A DNA stretch of 64,000 nt, taken from contig OX597822.1 in the NCBI GenBank assembly GCA_951406725.2, forward strand, positions 41,850,001 through 41,914,000, read 5' to 3'. The position numbers were made by a program, and so were the translations under genes. Position 1 is the stretch's first letter. Each line of letters starts with the position of its first letter. The DNA comes from Octopus vulgaris (lineage: Eukaryota). This document shows, one piece after another, positions 51,446 to 64,000 of the stretch. The notes beneath the pieces were generated by a model. It ran no database searches and had not been told where the DNA came from. It worked only from the letters and a program-made list of their open reading frames with translations.

Positions 51446-51756
51446 GGCATAGGAGTGGTTGTGTGGTAAGTAGCTTGCTTACCAACCACATGGTTCCGGG
51501 TTCAGTCCCACTGCATGGCACCATGGGCAAGTGTCTTCTACTATAGCCTCGGGCCAACCAAAGCCTTGTGAGTGGATTTGGTAGACAGAAACTGAAAGAA
51601 GCCCGTCGTATATATGTGTTTGTGTGTGTGTGTGTTTGTGCTTGTACCCCCAACATCGCTTGACAACCAATACTGGTGTGTTTACTTCCCTGCAACTTAG
51701 TGGTTCGGCAAAAGAGACTGATAGAATAAGTACTAGGCTTACAAAAAGTAAGTCCT
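51446..51756 (+). mobile_element. SINE family A
   Basis: GGCATAGGAGTGGTTGTGTGGTAAG...AAGTCCTG. Confidence 0.9.
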
Positions 51757-51789
51757 GTGTGCCTATTGTAAAAAAGATTAATGACATGG

Positions 51790-53480
51790 CCTAACAGTCT
51801 CAACATTTTGCGCTCTCTCCACTCTCTAGTCTATTTATTTTTGACTCATCAATTCTAGCAGTGATCACAGCTGAGATAGATAAGATGGACTCGTTGAGGA
51901 TGTGGCAGTTGTTGGTCCAGTGTCCTTATTGTTGACAGTGGTTTTCATCTCATTTTAGTATTTCAGGCCAATGGGGTTATTGATGTTGCTACATTACTGT
52001 GTAAATATGCATTCCTTTTGTTCGTCTACGATATATGGGAGAGAGAAGGAGAGAAAGTACTTTTAGGATGTTGTAGGAGTGCTCTGCCTGGGCTTCTTGT
52101 ATAAGTGTCTGAGTGTTTTCAGGTGGGGTTTTTTTTTCCTGTAGTGGCAGAAATAGCAACAGCTGAAGGTTGTTGCAACAACACACTGTGCTCCTTGCAT
52201 GTCTTTCATTTTTAATATTTTTGTGTATGTTGTACACAGGACATATCAGCGAATGTGTCCTATGTACAAGCTACACTGCATAGTACAGCCCTCTGTTTTT
52301 TGCAGTTTATTGTGATTTACTGTTGAGAGATCAAGAGGCTAAGCAAGACTAGTATATTCCACAATGGATCTAAATAAACTATTTGTATCACATATATTTG
52401 TTGTGAATGTTATGAAAGTGTTGCATGCAACTCCTAGTAGTTTGTGTTCTCTTTGTGTGGTCTGTTTATGTTGTTGAATGTAAAGGTTGGTTATATTTGA
52501 TGTTATTGGTAAAAGGCGGTGAGCTGGCAGAAACGTTAGCACGCCGGGCAAAATGCATAGCCATATTTTGTCTACTGTTACATTCTGAGTTCAAATTCTG
52601 CTAAGGTTGACTTTGCCTTTCATCCTTTCAGGGTCGATTAAATAAGTACCAGTTATGCACTGGGGTCAATATAATCAACTTAATCCATTTGTCTGTCCTT
52701 GTTTGTCCCCTCTGTGTTTATCCCCTTGTGGGTAGTAAAGAAATATATATTTGATGTTATTGGTAAGAGAGGCAACAGTAGATTTGGTAGGTGTTATTTT
52801 AAGGATGTTGTAGCAAAGCCAAGTTTTTAGGTGAACAATGTATTTTAAGGAAGTATCTGCAGAATAGTAGGATGTGAATGTGATACCATCTGTGTATTAG
52901 GTCATGTTTATGCTTTATGGAGGTGTGAAAAAGTCAGGTAGTTGTAGGTATAAAAGGCTAGGTGAGATGGTGGATCTTTGCAGTACTCTACTTGGGAAAT
53001 TACAGATTTTAGATAGTGTTCTTTGTGTGCTACAGATGCTTAGCAACTTGTGATGTTTGGTATTTTTTATATCAGTCAATTGCAAGGAATAGAATTAACA
53101 ACTTTGCTGATGTCAATGATAGCTAGAAAGGGGCACATGCAAAGATTTTTTGATGTTGGAGTCATCATGTATTTTCTGTGTTTGTGAGGTGTATGGTGAC
53201 CAAGAATACAATCTGAGTTCATGTTGTGATTTGGAGAATAAGATATGCACATTAATGATGTCAAGAATTAGTCTTCCTTGAATTTTTGAAGGTGTACTTT
53301 AGGAGGTGATATTGCTGTATGATGGGACTTTGGAGATTCTGTTGGATTCCAAATTTTTGGAATTTCACAGTGTCAGCATGACAAGTGATAGACATTGGTG
53401 AGTGTAATGATTTCTTCAGGCTCATGACATTTTAGATGTTTGGGATTTTATGTGGCCCTGAGTCTTTTGCATTTTTAGAT
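51790..53480 (-). pseudogene. Very decayed non-LTR retrotransposon RT and C-terminus (Jockey/I-like)
   Basis: FLAIIDISKVVNSIP (resembles AIDISKAFD.VP), RVLQRSTISPSL (resembles GVPQGSTLSP.L) and WTNNCHILNE. Interrupted by a SINE. Confidence 0.5.
52513..52745 (+). mobile_element. SINE family B, full length, with 21-bp TSD
   Basis: TATATTTGATGTTATTGGTAA at 52492-52512 and 52746-52766; head GGCGGTGAGCTGGCAGAAACGTTAGCACGCCGGGC. Confidence 0.9.
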
Positions 53481-54629
53481 TTCCCTATTGCTTTTGGTGT
53501 TTCTGAGATAGTGTATTAGCGGTGATGGTAGTAGAGTGGTATTGGTGGTTGCAGTAATAATAGCAGTAGTGGTAACAGTGGTAGCGGGGGTTTTAAATCC
53601 AGATATTTGACACTCCACCCACTGTGAGTGTAAGCAGTTGCAGTTTAATCCCAGGCCAACTCTGATCCCGTAGTTCTATGATCAACAACATTCTTGCTGT
53701 GACCATTCCATTGTTTTGTTTCAACCATAATATGTCAAGATATCAAAGTATCAATAGTATCAAAGCCTATCTTGGTTTTTCAGCCAGTGTATGTAATCTG
53801 TTTGTCTTCTACTCTCTACCTGCCCACCCAGGGACTAGCTGTACCCCACACCACCACCAACACTACCACCAATGTCCATATAAGAACATGTAAAGACTAA
53901 CTAGTAAAAGTTCCCTTTAGTGGGACCATTCTCTCTCTCTCTCTCTCTCTCTCTCTGTACCTCCCAACCTTAAATGCTAGAAATTTGAACCCCTTTTTAG
54001 GAATTCTACCCCTCAAAACCACTTACCACCACCATCATTATCATCATCACCATCCTTGTTATCAGGCTTCTGACAAGACCCAGTGGAATGTTAGTTATTT
54101 GTCTGTCTTAAGAAAGCAATGTTTTCTAGAGATAAGCAAGGAACTCTTTTTATCTTCTTCTATAGACATCAACTGATTCCAACTTGTTTTAATATATATA
54201 TATATGTGTGTGTGTGTGTATACATACATACACATAGACAGATAGATAGATAGATAGATAGATAAATAGATAGACTCATATTGAGTTCAATTTATACTAT
54301 TTGTTCTACTAGACCATATACACACTCACATAGGTTTCACATTTGTAAATGTGTGTGTATAGCATAAAGTAAGAAGTGTGAGAGGTGAAGATAGATGTAT
54401 CTATCCATATGACTTCCATATGATTACAGCCAGCAAATTCCAGATGAGGAGCTTACTGTGATAGCCACATGATTCACTGAACCTATATTTTATAATAGCG
54501 TAATACACACACACACACACATACACACACACACACACACACACATACACACACACACACACACACAGATAGACATTCTGGAGTATGCTTTTGTACATAC
54601 TTACATATTCATATATACATAGGACAAAT

Positions 54630-55205
54630 ATAATAATAATAATAATAATAATAAATCCCCTGATGCAGTACCAGGCAGTGGCTGTCATGGCTTCTGATCT
54701 TAACTGATTGGAAGTGTTATCATGTACATTGTTTTATCTTGGTATAAAAGATGGGCTACAGCAAATATTCTGCTCAATACCACAGATTTGCTTGTCAGTT
54801 GTTTGATCTTAACCAGTTGAGCATGTCCCTTAGTGGCTGACGATATGTGCATCTCTGATCACGAGCAGAAGTAGTTGGGGAGCATCATAGCCATGTGTTG
54901 AGAGGGATTCTTTAGGGGTTGGATAATTCACCTTTGGAAACATGGGTGTTTTTTTCAACATCCTTAAACAACCCTTATTCAAGGACCTCTTGAGTGGGAT
55001 GGGCTACTCAACCTGAAGGAAATTCTAACTGGGCCCCACCTGCAATGTCATGCACTGTTTATTTTGATATGAGATCACCATGTCATGCACATATGGTTGT
55101 GATGCATGTGCCTGGTGTACCTTATCAGACATATAATCATGATAGGTATACTGGGCTTGGTATATTTTACCCCAGTGTCACTTTGATGGCATGCATTGCT
55201 CTCTC
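54630..55205 (-). mobile_element. Retroposon family F with (ATT)n tail
   Basis: Homologous to 3278-3565, with a simple-repeat tail at 54630-54652. Confidence 0.75.
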
Positions 55206-55218
55206 ACATAACAATGAT

Positions 55219-55436
55219 AATCCTTTCTACTAAAGGCAGAAGACCTGAAATTTTGCGGGAGGAGACTAGTTGATTACATCAACCCCAGTGTTTTAGTGGT
55301 ACTTAGTTTATCAACCCCAAAAATATGAAAAATAAAGTTGACCTCGGCAGAATTTGTATTCAGAATGTAGCAACAGGCAAAATACTGCTAAGCATTTCAT
55401 CCAAAGTGCTAATAATTCTGCCAGCTCGCCACCTTA
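55219..55436 (-). mobile_element. SINE family B
   Basis: Reverse-complement copy ending CTGCCAGCTCGCCACC. Further copies at about 25455-25635 (+), 56690-56882 (-), 57995-58180 (-) and 58200-58416 (-). Confidence 0.8.
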
Positions 55437-55709
55437 ATAATAATAATAATAATAATAATAACAATAACAAGAGCAATAATAATAATAATAATAATAACAA
55501 TAACAAGAGCAATAATAATAATGATAACAATAACAAGAGAAATAATAATAATAATAATGATAACAATAACAAGAGCAATAATAATAATGATAACAATAAC
55601 AAGAGCAATAATAATAATAATGATAATAACAATAACAACAGCAATAATAATAATAATGATAATAACAATAACAACAGCAATAATAATAATAATAATAATA
55701 ATAATAATT
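55436..55709. repeat. (AAT)n microsatellite with higher-order unit
   Basis: Repeats of (AAT)n-GATAACAATAACAAGAGC. This is the source of the poly-N and poly-L ORFs. Confidence 0.95.
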
Positions 55710-56099
55710 TTTTAATGGATCTCTCTAGATTTCGACATTGAGTGCTTCTAGTTGTTGAGTGAGTGGGATAACTTATTGAATCTTAGTGTGAGTGAGTGAT
55801 TAATTAGTAATGACACATGGACCCTTAATGTAATTCTCTGATAGAATCAGTGTGCCTTTATGTCACAAAGCTGGACCTTTTAATTCCAGGCACAGTCCAT
55901 CCAGCAGACTTCCTAACCTTTTTCATTTACCTCCATTTTGAATGACATTGACCTATAACACTAGACATTTGCCCAAGATGCCATGCAAGGGGATTTGAGC
56001 TTTGGACTTCTTTATTATAAAGTGAATTTCTTGTGTCTGTTGTGTGTGTGTGTGTGTTGTTACTACCACCACCACTGCCATCATCATCATCATCATCAT

Positions 56100-56421
56100 C
56101 AAGAAGTTTGCTTCTCAATCACATGCTTCCAGGTTCAGTTCCATTGTGTTGCACCTTAAGCAAGTATCTTCTACTACTGCCGTGGGCTTACCAAAGTCTA
56201 GTGAGTGGAACTGGTTGACGGACTTTGAAAGAAACCTGTCATACACACACACACATTTGTGTTTATGTTTGTCCACCACCACCACTTGACAAGCGGTGGC
56301 GGTTTGTATATACCCCTGTAATATAAACCACGGGTCGATTTGTCCAACTACACCCTTCAAGGTAGTGCTCTTGCATGGCCACAATCCAATGACTGAAACA
56401 AGTAAAAATCAAAGATAAAAG
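56100..56421 (+). mobile_element. SINE family A, diverged
   Basis: AAGAAGTTTGCTTCTCAATCACATG...CAATGACTGAAACAAGTAAAA. Confidence 0.8.
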
Positions 56422-57130
56422 AAGTATTAAAGGTGTCTGGGATAAAATCCATTTGGGATTTCCATTTGTTACCTCCAGCTATTAGTCTTCCACTCACATA
56501 CATACACACCTGAAGTGGTCTCTACTAATCCTTGAGTCTCACACATACTTAAAGTCCCATTTATTTCTAGCGTCTCACACTCACCTACAATGTGGCATCT
56601 ACAGTTGCTGGAGTCTCCCAACTGCAGTCCTGAGTATTAAACAGGAAATTAGTATCATCTCCCTCCTTCATGTATGTCAGCCATCTTTGGATTCTTTTCT
56701 ACTCTAGGCACAAGGCCCAAAATATCTGGGGAGGTGGGGCCAGTCAATTAGATCAACCCCAGTATGCAACTGGTACTTAATTTATCAGCCCCGAAAGGAT
56801 GAAAGGCAAAGTCGACCTTGGCGGAATTTGAACTCAGAACGTAAAGACAGGCAAAATACCGCTAAGCATTTCTGCCAGCTCAGTGCCTTAGCCATCTTTA
56901 AATTGATGACTGATGTTATTGCTAACAAATGTTTAACCTGTTTCATCACATCAACTAGTTTCCTTCTTATCAGTTTTTCACTGTAACATTTTAACAACTG
57001 ACTGTTGCTAAATAAACAGACAGAAGCTCCATATTTCAACTATGCTACTCTTTAAATTTACTTTTAAGTCTTCCTTTTTATTTATCTTTTTAATAAACTC
57101 TACTGAGTGAGAGTGATGGAGGTGTTATAT

Positions 57131-57327
57131 CCTTTATCTTTCACTTGTTTCAGTCATTAGACTGCGGATATGCTGGGGCACCGCCTTGGAAAACTTTTAG
57201 TTGAATGGATCAGCCCCGGTACTTGTTTTTTTTTCTAAAACCTGGTACTTATTCTGTTGGTGTTCATTTGCTACACTGCTAAGTTATTGGGGTGTAAACA
57301 CACCAACTCTAATTGTCAAGCAGGGGA

Positions 57328-57358
<31 letters not shown>

Positions 57359-57519
57359 GACAGGCTTCTTTCAATTTCCAACTAACTCCACTCACAAGGC
57401 TTTGGTCAGCCTGAGCCTGAAGCTATAACAGATGACACTTGCCCAAGGTGTCATGCAGTGGTACTGAACCTGGAACAATATGGTTCGGAATAAAACTTCT
57501 TACCACACAGCCATGCCTG
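57131..57519 (-). mobile_element. SINE family A
   Basis: Reverse-complement copy. Confidence 0.85.
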
Positions 57520-58727
57520 CACATAGACAGACAGACAGACAAATTTGTGAACCACCATTTTAATTTTCTCTTTTACTCTATTACTAAATCTAAAAAAGCA
57601 CTACTACCACCATCATCATTTTTTTATATCCATCCTCTCTCAGTTCATCAAAGTAATATTACATATCCGTTATAATTCTATTTTTGGAGAGGTGGGCATT
57701 TCTGTTATCTAAATTTCTTCCTAAATGACAAGGAACCATTGATTCAGATCTTATTACCAATTCCAAAAGAAATATATTCTCCTTGATAGAGGCACCAATA
57801 TATCACAGATTGTCTTCGTGTCAGAAATTAAATTAAATGACACATAAATCAATTCTGTAGTGCTCCCACCACTGCCTCCAATCACTGGCACAACTCTCAG
57901 AACTATTGATCCCATGCCTGTTGACTGATACCCTATTAACTCACTTTATAAATTTAGGGACTATTAAAAAGAACTATTTCCGTTAAAATCATAACAGTTC
58001 CAAATTTTGGCAAAAGACCAGCAATTAAAGAGAGATGGGGGGGGGGTAGTGAATTACATCGACCCCCCAGTGCTCAGCTGGTACTTATTTTATCAATCTT
58101 GAAAGGATGAAGGGTAAAGTCAACCTCGGCTGTATTTGAATGCAGAATGTTAAGAACTGGAAGAAGCATCACCGTGCATTTTATCCACCACTGCCTTAGT
58201 CATTCTTTCTAAGTCTGACAGCATGCCAACAATCTGAGGGGAGGAGAAAATTAATTGCATCAATCCAAGTACATGACTGGTACTTTATTTTATCAACCCT
58301 GAAAGGACAGAAGGCAGAGTTGACCCCAGTAGGATTTGAACTCAGAATATAAAGATTCAGAAAATGTAGCACTAAAGCAGTTTGTCTGATGTGCTAATGA
58401 ATCCTGCCTACTCACGACCAATGAGTTGAACTAACCATAAAAAAAAAAGAGCATTACTGTGTTCTCACTCATGGTACTCTTTCATTGTAACTGCTGCTAC
58501 TCCAGCTGTTGTTGTTGTTGTTAAGCCTTCAGATCAATTCTGATCTGACAGATCAAAGGTTCCCCAGCTATGATCATCCCACCTTTCTGCACATTAGGGA
58601 CTTTGTTGTCCAATGTGTTCTTTTTTAAACCATAAAGTGTGAATCAGGATAGATTTTTCTTTTAGTTCTAAATGGTTGAGCAACCAGCTTAAGGTTCCTT
58701 CATTAACTCACTTTACATGTTTGTCTA

Positions 58728-58762
<35 letters not shown>

Positions 58763-59317
58763 GCTTGTCTGTATGCTTGTATGTCTATATGCTGTGTGCT
58801 GTCTCTATTTTCACTAATATAAACTTGTATTCTTGATTCAGTAAATCCTGGATCTGTCCTGAAAATATTTGATGTAAATTAAATGCTAATTCTGAGAGCA
58901 ATAGTTGAGAAGTTGAAATCTTTAATTTTCAATCCCATACAACCCAGCAAAGGTGGTGATGGCGGGAGGCGGTGGGGGTCATTCTATGCATTTGTTCTTT
59001 GACACGGTCATCTTTACTTACTGGCTTACTTAGGGTTACATGTTTACTGTGAAATGACACCTTCTGCACAAAAGAAACTGAGTTCAAATTCCATTCAAGT
59101 TTTTGCAGGAAAGTAATTATAAGAAATTTTCTAAACACAAACACACACACACATACATACATACGTACATGTATGTATGTATGTATCATCAGTATATCAT
59201 GTATCCGAAAAAACAGCACACTCTAAACCATAAAGCAGTAATGTATATTATGCAGTTAAGTATATGTCCAGATGCGAAACCACCGGTCAATTTATGACTA
59301 GACATATACTTTTAACT

Positions 59318-59921
59318 GCAGGCATGGCTGTATGGTAAGTAGCTTGCTTATCAACCACTTTCCGGGTTCAGTCCTACGGCATGGCACCTTGGGCAAGTGT
59401 CTTCAGCTATAGCCTCAAGCCGACCAAAGCCTTGTGAGTGGATTTGGTAGGTGGAAACTGAAAGAAGCCTGTCATACATATATGTGTGTGTGTGTGTTTG
59501 CATGTCTGTGTTTGTCCCCCCACCATCGTTTGACAACCAATTTGGGTGTGTTTAAGTCTCCCATAACTTAACAGCTCAGCAGGAGGGACCAATAGAATAA
59601 GTCCTGGGGTCAATTTGTTTGACTGAAGTCAAATAACTGAAACAAATAAAAGAATAAAAGAAAATATATACACACACACGCATACTTGTGTGTGTGAGTA
59701 TGTTTGTGTCTATGTTTGTCCCCTACTACTGCTTGACAATCAGTGTTGGTGTGTTTATATCCATGTAACTTAGCAGTTTGACAAAAGAGACTGATAGAAT
59801 AAGTACCAAGCCTAAAAAATATAATATAAGTTCTGGGGTTAATTCATTCAGACTAAAAGTTCTTCAAGGCAGTGATCCCAGCATAGCCACAGTCTAATGG
59901 TTGAAACAAATAAAAGATAAA
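59318..59921 (+). mobile_element. SINE family A followed by a second 3' half
   Basis: Copy at 59318-59660 and an extra 3' half at 59700-59921. Confidence 0.85.
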
Positions 59922-61070
59922 AGCTACACATGAATAGAATTTTAAAAAATGAAAGAGGGGGGATTCTGCCCAAAAATGGAAATGTAATAGGTAAAGAAAG
60001 CCCTCCAAAAAAAAAAAAAAAAATGGTAAAAAGCCCATTCCTTCTGCTATCATTATCAGATAAATCATTCTTTAGGGACCCCCTCCAAGAGAACAGCAAT
60101 TTTTGGAAATAATCTTTGGTGAGGCAGATGAAAAAAAAAAAGAAAAACTATTTTTCTTTTTGAAACAGCTTGTGGTGGTGGGGAGGGTGTAGTAGCAGTG
60201 ATGGTGGTGGGGACACATTGTTGTCAGTTAAAAAAAAAAATCCCTGTCTCTGGTGCAGCAGAATTGGTTGTTTAGAAAAGTTCTGGCTTTTTCTTGAAAT
60301 CTGTTAATAGCAATAATCTCTTCCACAGACACCAACAACAACAACAATACTACAAACACTTTCTTATCTTGTCATATTACCACCGATACCTCCTCCACCC
60401 CTGCTACATACACACTCTCTCTTTCTTTTTCTCTGTCTCACATTCTAACTCTCACTCTCTCTCTCTCTCTCTCCCTGGTACCTCACTGTTTTCTCTACCC
60501 TCACCCCTCACAATGTTACCTTACTGTTTCCTTTTCCCTGCTCCTGTTTTCTCTCTCTATTACTGTATCTCTTCACCACCTCCACTTCCACTCCATTCCC
60601 TGCCTACAATTTACCTACTAAACAGACACAGACAGACTGTTGTGTCCCCATGGGGGAGAAAAAAAGGGGTTTTGTTTATTTTATTTGCACCCCCTCCCCA
60701 TCATTCTACCTGGAATCCAGTTTTACAGATGAAAGAGGATGGGGCATATATTTTGGGTGTTGAGTAGACCTGATGGTAGTGGTGGTGGTGGTGATGGTGG
60801 TGGGGTAGTAGTAGTAGTAGTAGTAGTCTTTATCAACTAATCTGTAATGATCTATATGTCTTTATTGTGTATGTATATGTACATGCATGTATGTATGCAT
60901 GCATTATGTGTGGATTTACAGAAGCTGCTAACTTTGTCATGGAAAGGCACCACCAATGGTGGATAAGGATCAGTCAGTGCAGAGTGTATAATATTTCTAA
61001 TGTTGTGGAGTTAAGGAAGAAGAAGAATTTGAAGATGTCAAAGACAGCTGACCACAGCTATTCCTTCAAT

Positions 61071-61225
61071 AGCATAAACTGATGACATCACAAAACATGT
61101 GTTATATATAGCAGCATAAACTAATGACATTATAAAGCATGTGTTACACATAACAGCATTAACTGATGATAACACAAAGCATGTGTTATACATAGCAGTA
61201 TAAACTGATGATATCATAAAGCACC
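61071..61225. repeat. Minisatellite, 42-bp unit x about 3.6
   Basis: Variants of AGCATAAACTGATGACATCACAAAACATGTGTTATATATAGC. Confidence 0.9.
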
Positions 61226-61443
61226 AAAGCATAGCAATATGTGCAATGTGATGTCTGTGTTTTACACATGTAACATGACATCACATATTTGTGTTACATA
61301 CATATTACATTCATGTGTCACAAGAAGATGTCACAATATCATAAAACATCATAATACATGTCACATACTACCAAACATTGACCATACATACTGATACAGT
61401 TATATACAATTACACACCCTGATATAGTCACACTATGATACAG

Positions 61444-61488
<45 letters not shown>

Positions 61489-62652
61489 TACAGTATTACA
61501 TTCACACATACACTGATACAATCAGACAACAATGATACAGTCACACAATGTTACACTCACTCACCCTTGATACAGTTACACACAATGATACACTGATATA
61601 ATCACATGTGGTTACAGTCACACACTGATACAGTCTCACCCCATCAAAACAAGCAACTAAACTTACGAAGCACCCTTTATGTGGCCAATCAACATGCTAG
61701 AAATTACAGCTAACTTCCCCTTCAATCACACTGATACAGTTTTAAAATAGATGGTATCTGGAAGAAGATTGAATAATAATAGATAAAACCTTAAGATAAA
61801 AACTGGACGTTTGTGATTAGAACACCTTTGATCACAGATCTGTTGAGTAATGTTGACCTGGGGTTAAACAACAAGTCAATCAAATGCTTCACAGGCATAC
61901 ACCAGACCATCTAAACATACATAAGACCTGTGTGATGGCTTCTATACAGTTTCCATCTACAAATTCTCATTCACAAGGCTTTCATCAATCTGAGACACAA
62001 GGTGTCATGCTTTACTGCTGTCTTACTGCTTGGTAGTCTATGTCGAGAGGAAAAGCTATTTATAATTTCTTTCTGAAGGGAAACATTGCAGCAACTAGCA
62101 CACACTTTGTTTATATATGTGGTGTATGTGTATATGACTGTAGCAGGTGTGTGTGTATGTGCGTGCGTGTATATTGTATATTTTCACAAAGCTTAATTTT
62201 CTCTGCATGTTGTATATAATGCTACTCTGACCATACAAGATTAGTAACACATGTTAAAATGTACTATAACTCATCTGAGACTCACACGCACCGTCGCCAC
62301 CACTGCCACCGCCATGACATTCCACCCACCACCCTACCACCACCACCACCACTACCCACTTCTTTCTCTGACTAAAAGGAAATTTTAGTTTTTTTCTTGT
62401 TAAACCATTTTTATTACATTTTGCACCACTTGCTTCAAATTTATGTTTTATTACTGTCTGTTAAATTTAGTTTCACTACTATTATTATAAGTAGTAGTAG
62501 TAGTAGTAGTAGTAGTATATTCAATTCTTTAAACAATTTTTTTAAACTTCAGATCTAGTTATTTATGTAATGTTTCACCACTCCCAACAACTTGTAGCAG
62601 TATAAAATATACATATATTATATATGTGTGTGGGTGTGTGTGATTGTATGTA

Positions 62653-62695
<43 letters not shown>

Positions 62696-62906
62696 ATCTA
62701 TAGATATGTTTATATGTATGTATATATATATATTTTATTAAATTAATTACATTCCACCCTTTATTGCATATATATATATATATATGTATGTGTATGTATA
62801 TATGTATGTATATATATGTATGTATCATCATCATCATCATCATATATATATATATATATATATATATCATGCCAGTATGGAAGGCAGACATTAAGTGATG
62901 ACTATG

Positions 62907-62949
<43 letters not shown>

Positions 62950-62961
62950 GCATTATACCTG

Positions 62962-63001
<40 letters not shown>

Positions 63002-63409
63002 ATACAAATGTAATTCTCCTATCCCCACTCTTCTCTACTAAAGCACAGTTGACAATTATGAAATTTGTACTTTATTATCAATTAAATGTTCTCTGCTCCC
63101 CTTCCCTGCATATTACATATAATTGAACGAGGACAACAACAACTACAGCATCATGCCACAGTAATTCTAGCGTCTGCAGATTTTATCAGTCTGGGTTCAT
63201 CTTCACCTTGCCACTGCTGCTGGTCTGAGGTTTAAGGACAAAGTTCAAGAGAGGACTGTCACTTACACACACAATCATCATCAGTGTCATCATCATCGTC
63301 ATCATCTCTATTCCTTTTTAGCTCTTCTACTGGCGATGCCAATGTTGGTCCAATAAGGTAGATGATATTCTCACCATAGTCTGTCTTCCTCCTCCTCGAT
63401 TTCTCTTAT

Positions 63410-63690
63410 TGCCACAACCACTACTACTACTACCACCACCACTACTGCTACTACCACCACCATTACTACAACAAGTGCTATTACAACCACAGCTACTAAT
63501 ACTATTACTGCCACCACTACTACTACTACTAGAACCACCACATTCACTACTACTACTACCACCACCACTGCCAGTACTATCACTACCAATACAACAACCA
63601 CTACAGCCACTTCTACCCCACCACCATTTCTACTACTAACTACTACCAATATTACCGCCACCACTACAACTACTACTATTACATTCAATA
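63410..63690. repeat. (ACT/ACC)n low-complexity tract
   Basis: Degenerate trinucleotide repeat; source of the poly-V and poly-P/L ORFs. Confidence 0.9.
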
Positions 63691-63756
63691 CCAGATTGGT
63701 AGAGTTTAATTTGGTCATATAACTAGCTCAACAAACTGTTATAGTTGCTATTATTG

Positions 63757-64000
63757 TGTCAAGTACATCAACATCAAAATAAAAATTGAATGGATAGTGT
63801 AGTTGTGATACCTGTGCCGGTGGCATGTAGGGCCTCACAGAGGAAATGACGAAGTCCGACACCTCTGAGATATGCTGTGACTGTGAATACCCGACAAATG
63901 AAGTGAGTTCATGGCTCACAGGACGGCCTGCTGTGCTAACCTTGGATCATAGAGTGACCCGCTGTTCTTGAGGAGACCTATTGAGTCAAGTACGTCAACA
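63757..64000 (+). mobile_element. Rearranged or tandem RTE-type 3' region
   Basis: GGGCCTCACAGAGGAAATGAC (GLTEEMT) remnant; GTCAAGTAC.TCAACA occurs at about 63758 and 63985. Confidence 0.6.

Noticed and set aside
51429-51806. Recurrent peptides such as DTCPRCHAVGLNPEP and SFSFHLPNPLTRLW in many ORFs
   Set aside because: These are antisense translations of SINE family A, not a protein family.
55325-55741. 138-aa poly-Asn ORF and antisense poly-Leu ORF
   Set aside because: Translation of a SINE B end plus an (AAT)n microsatellite; no coding features.
60294-60767. Longest ORF in the track (157 aa)
   Set aside because: TTG start, CT-rich low-complexity composition and no domain.
63322-63357. 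36-nt micro-exon candidate after CCTTTTTAG
   Set aside because: The donor GTAGAT is weak and there is no supporting signal.

Overview
AT-rich eukaryotic non-coding DNA, densely packed with microsatellites and retroposon or transposon relics. From recall, the repeat families resemble those of octopus (coleoid cephalopod) genomes; I could not run a search to confirm this. No intact protein-coding gene is present, and nearly all listed ORFs are translated microsatellites or SINEs. The window probably lies in a very long intron. Main contents: (1) a decayed Mag-type Ty3/Gypsy LTR element at 12931-16380 with both LTRs, PBS, PPT and a 5-bp TSD but no RT/RNase H; (2) RTE, CR1-like and Jockey/I-like LINE fragments; (3) a mariner relic and several Tc1/mariner, hAT and piggyBac MITEs; (4) dozens of tRNA-derived SINE copies. 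Best leads: a candidate recursive-splicing site with a 63-nt exon (1041-1103), six degenerate minimal hammerhead-ribozyme motifs of Penelope type, several spacer-less palindromes or templated inversions, and a 5'-inverted RTE insertion. These are candidates, not a proven novel system. Boundaries and identities were estimated by eye.
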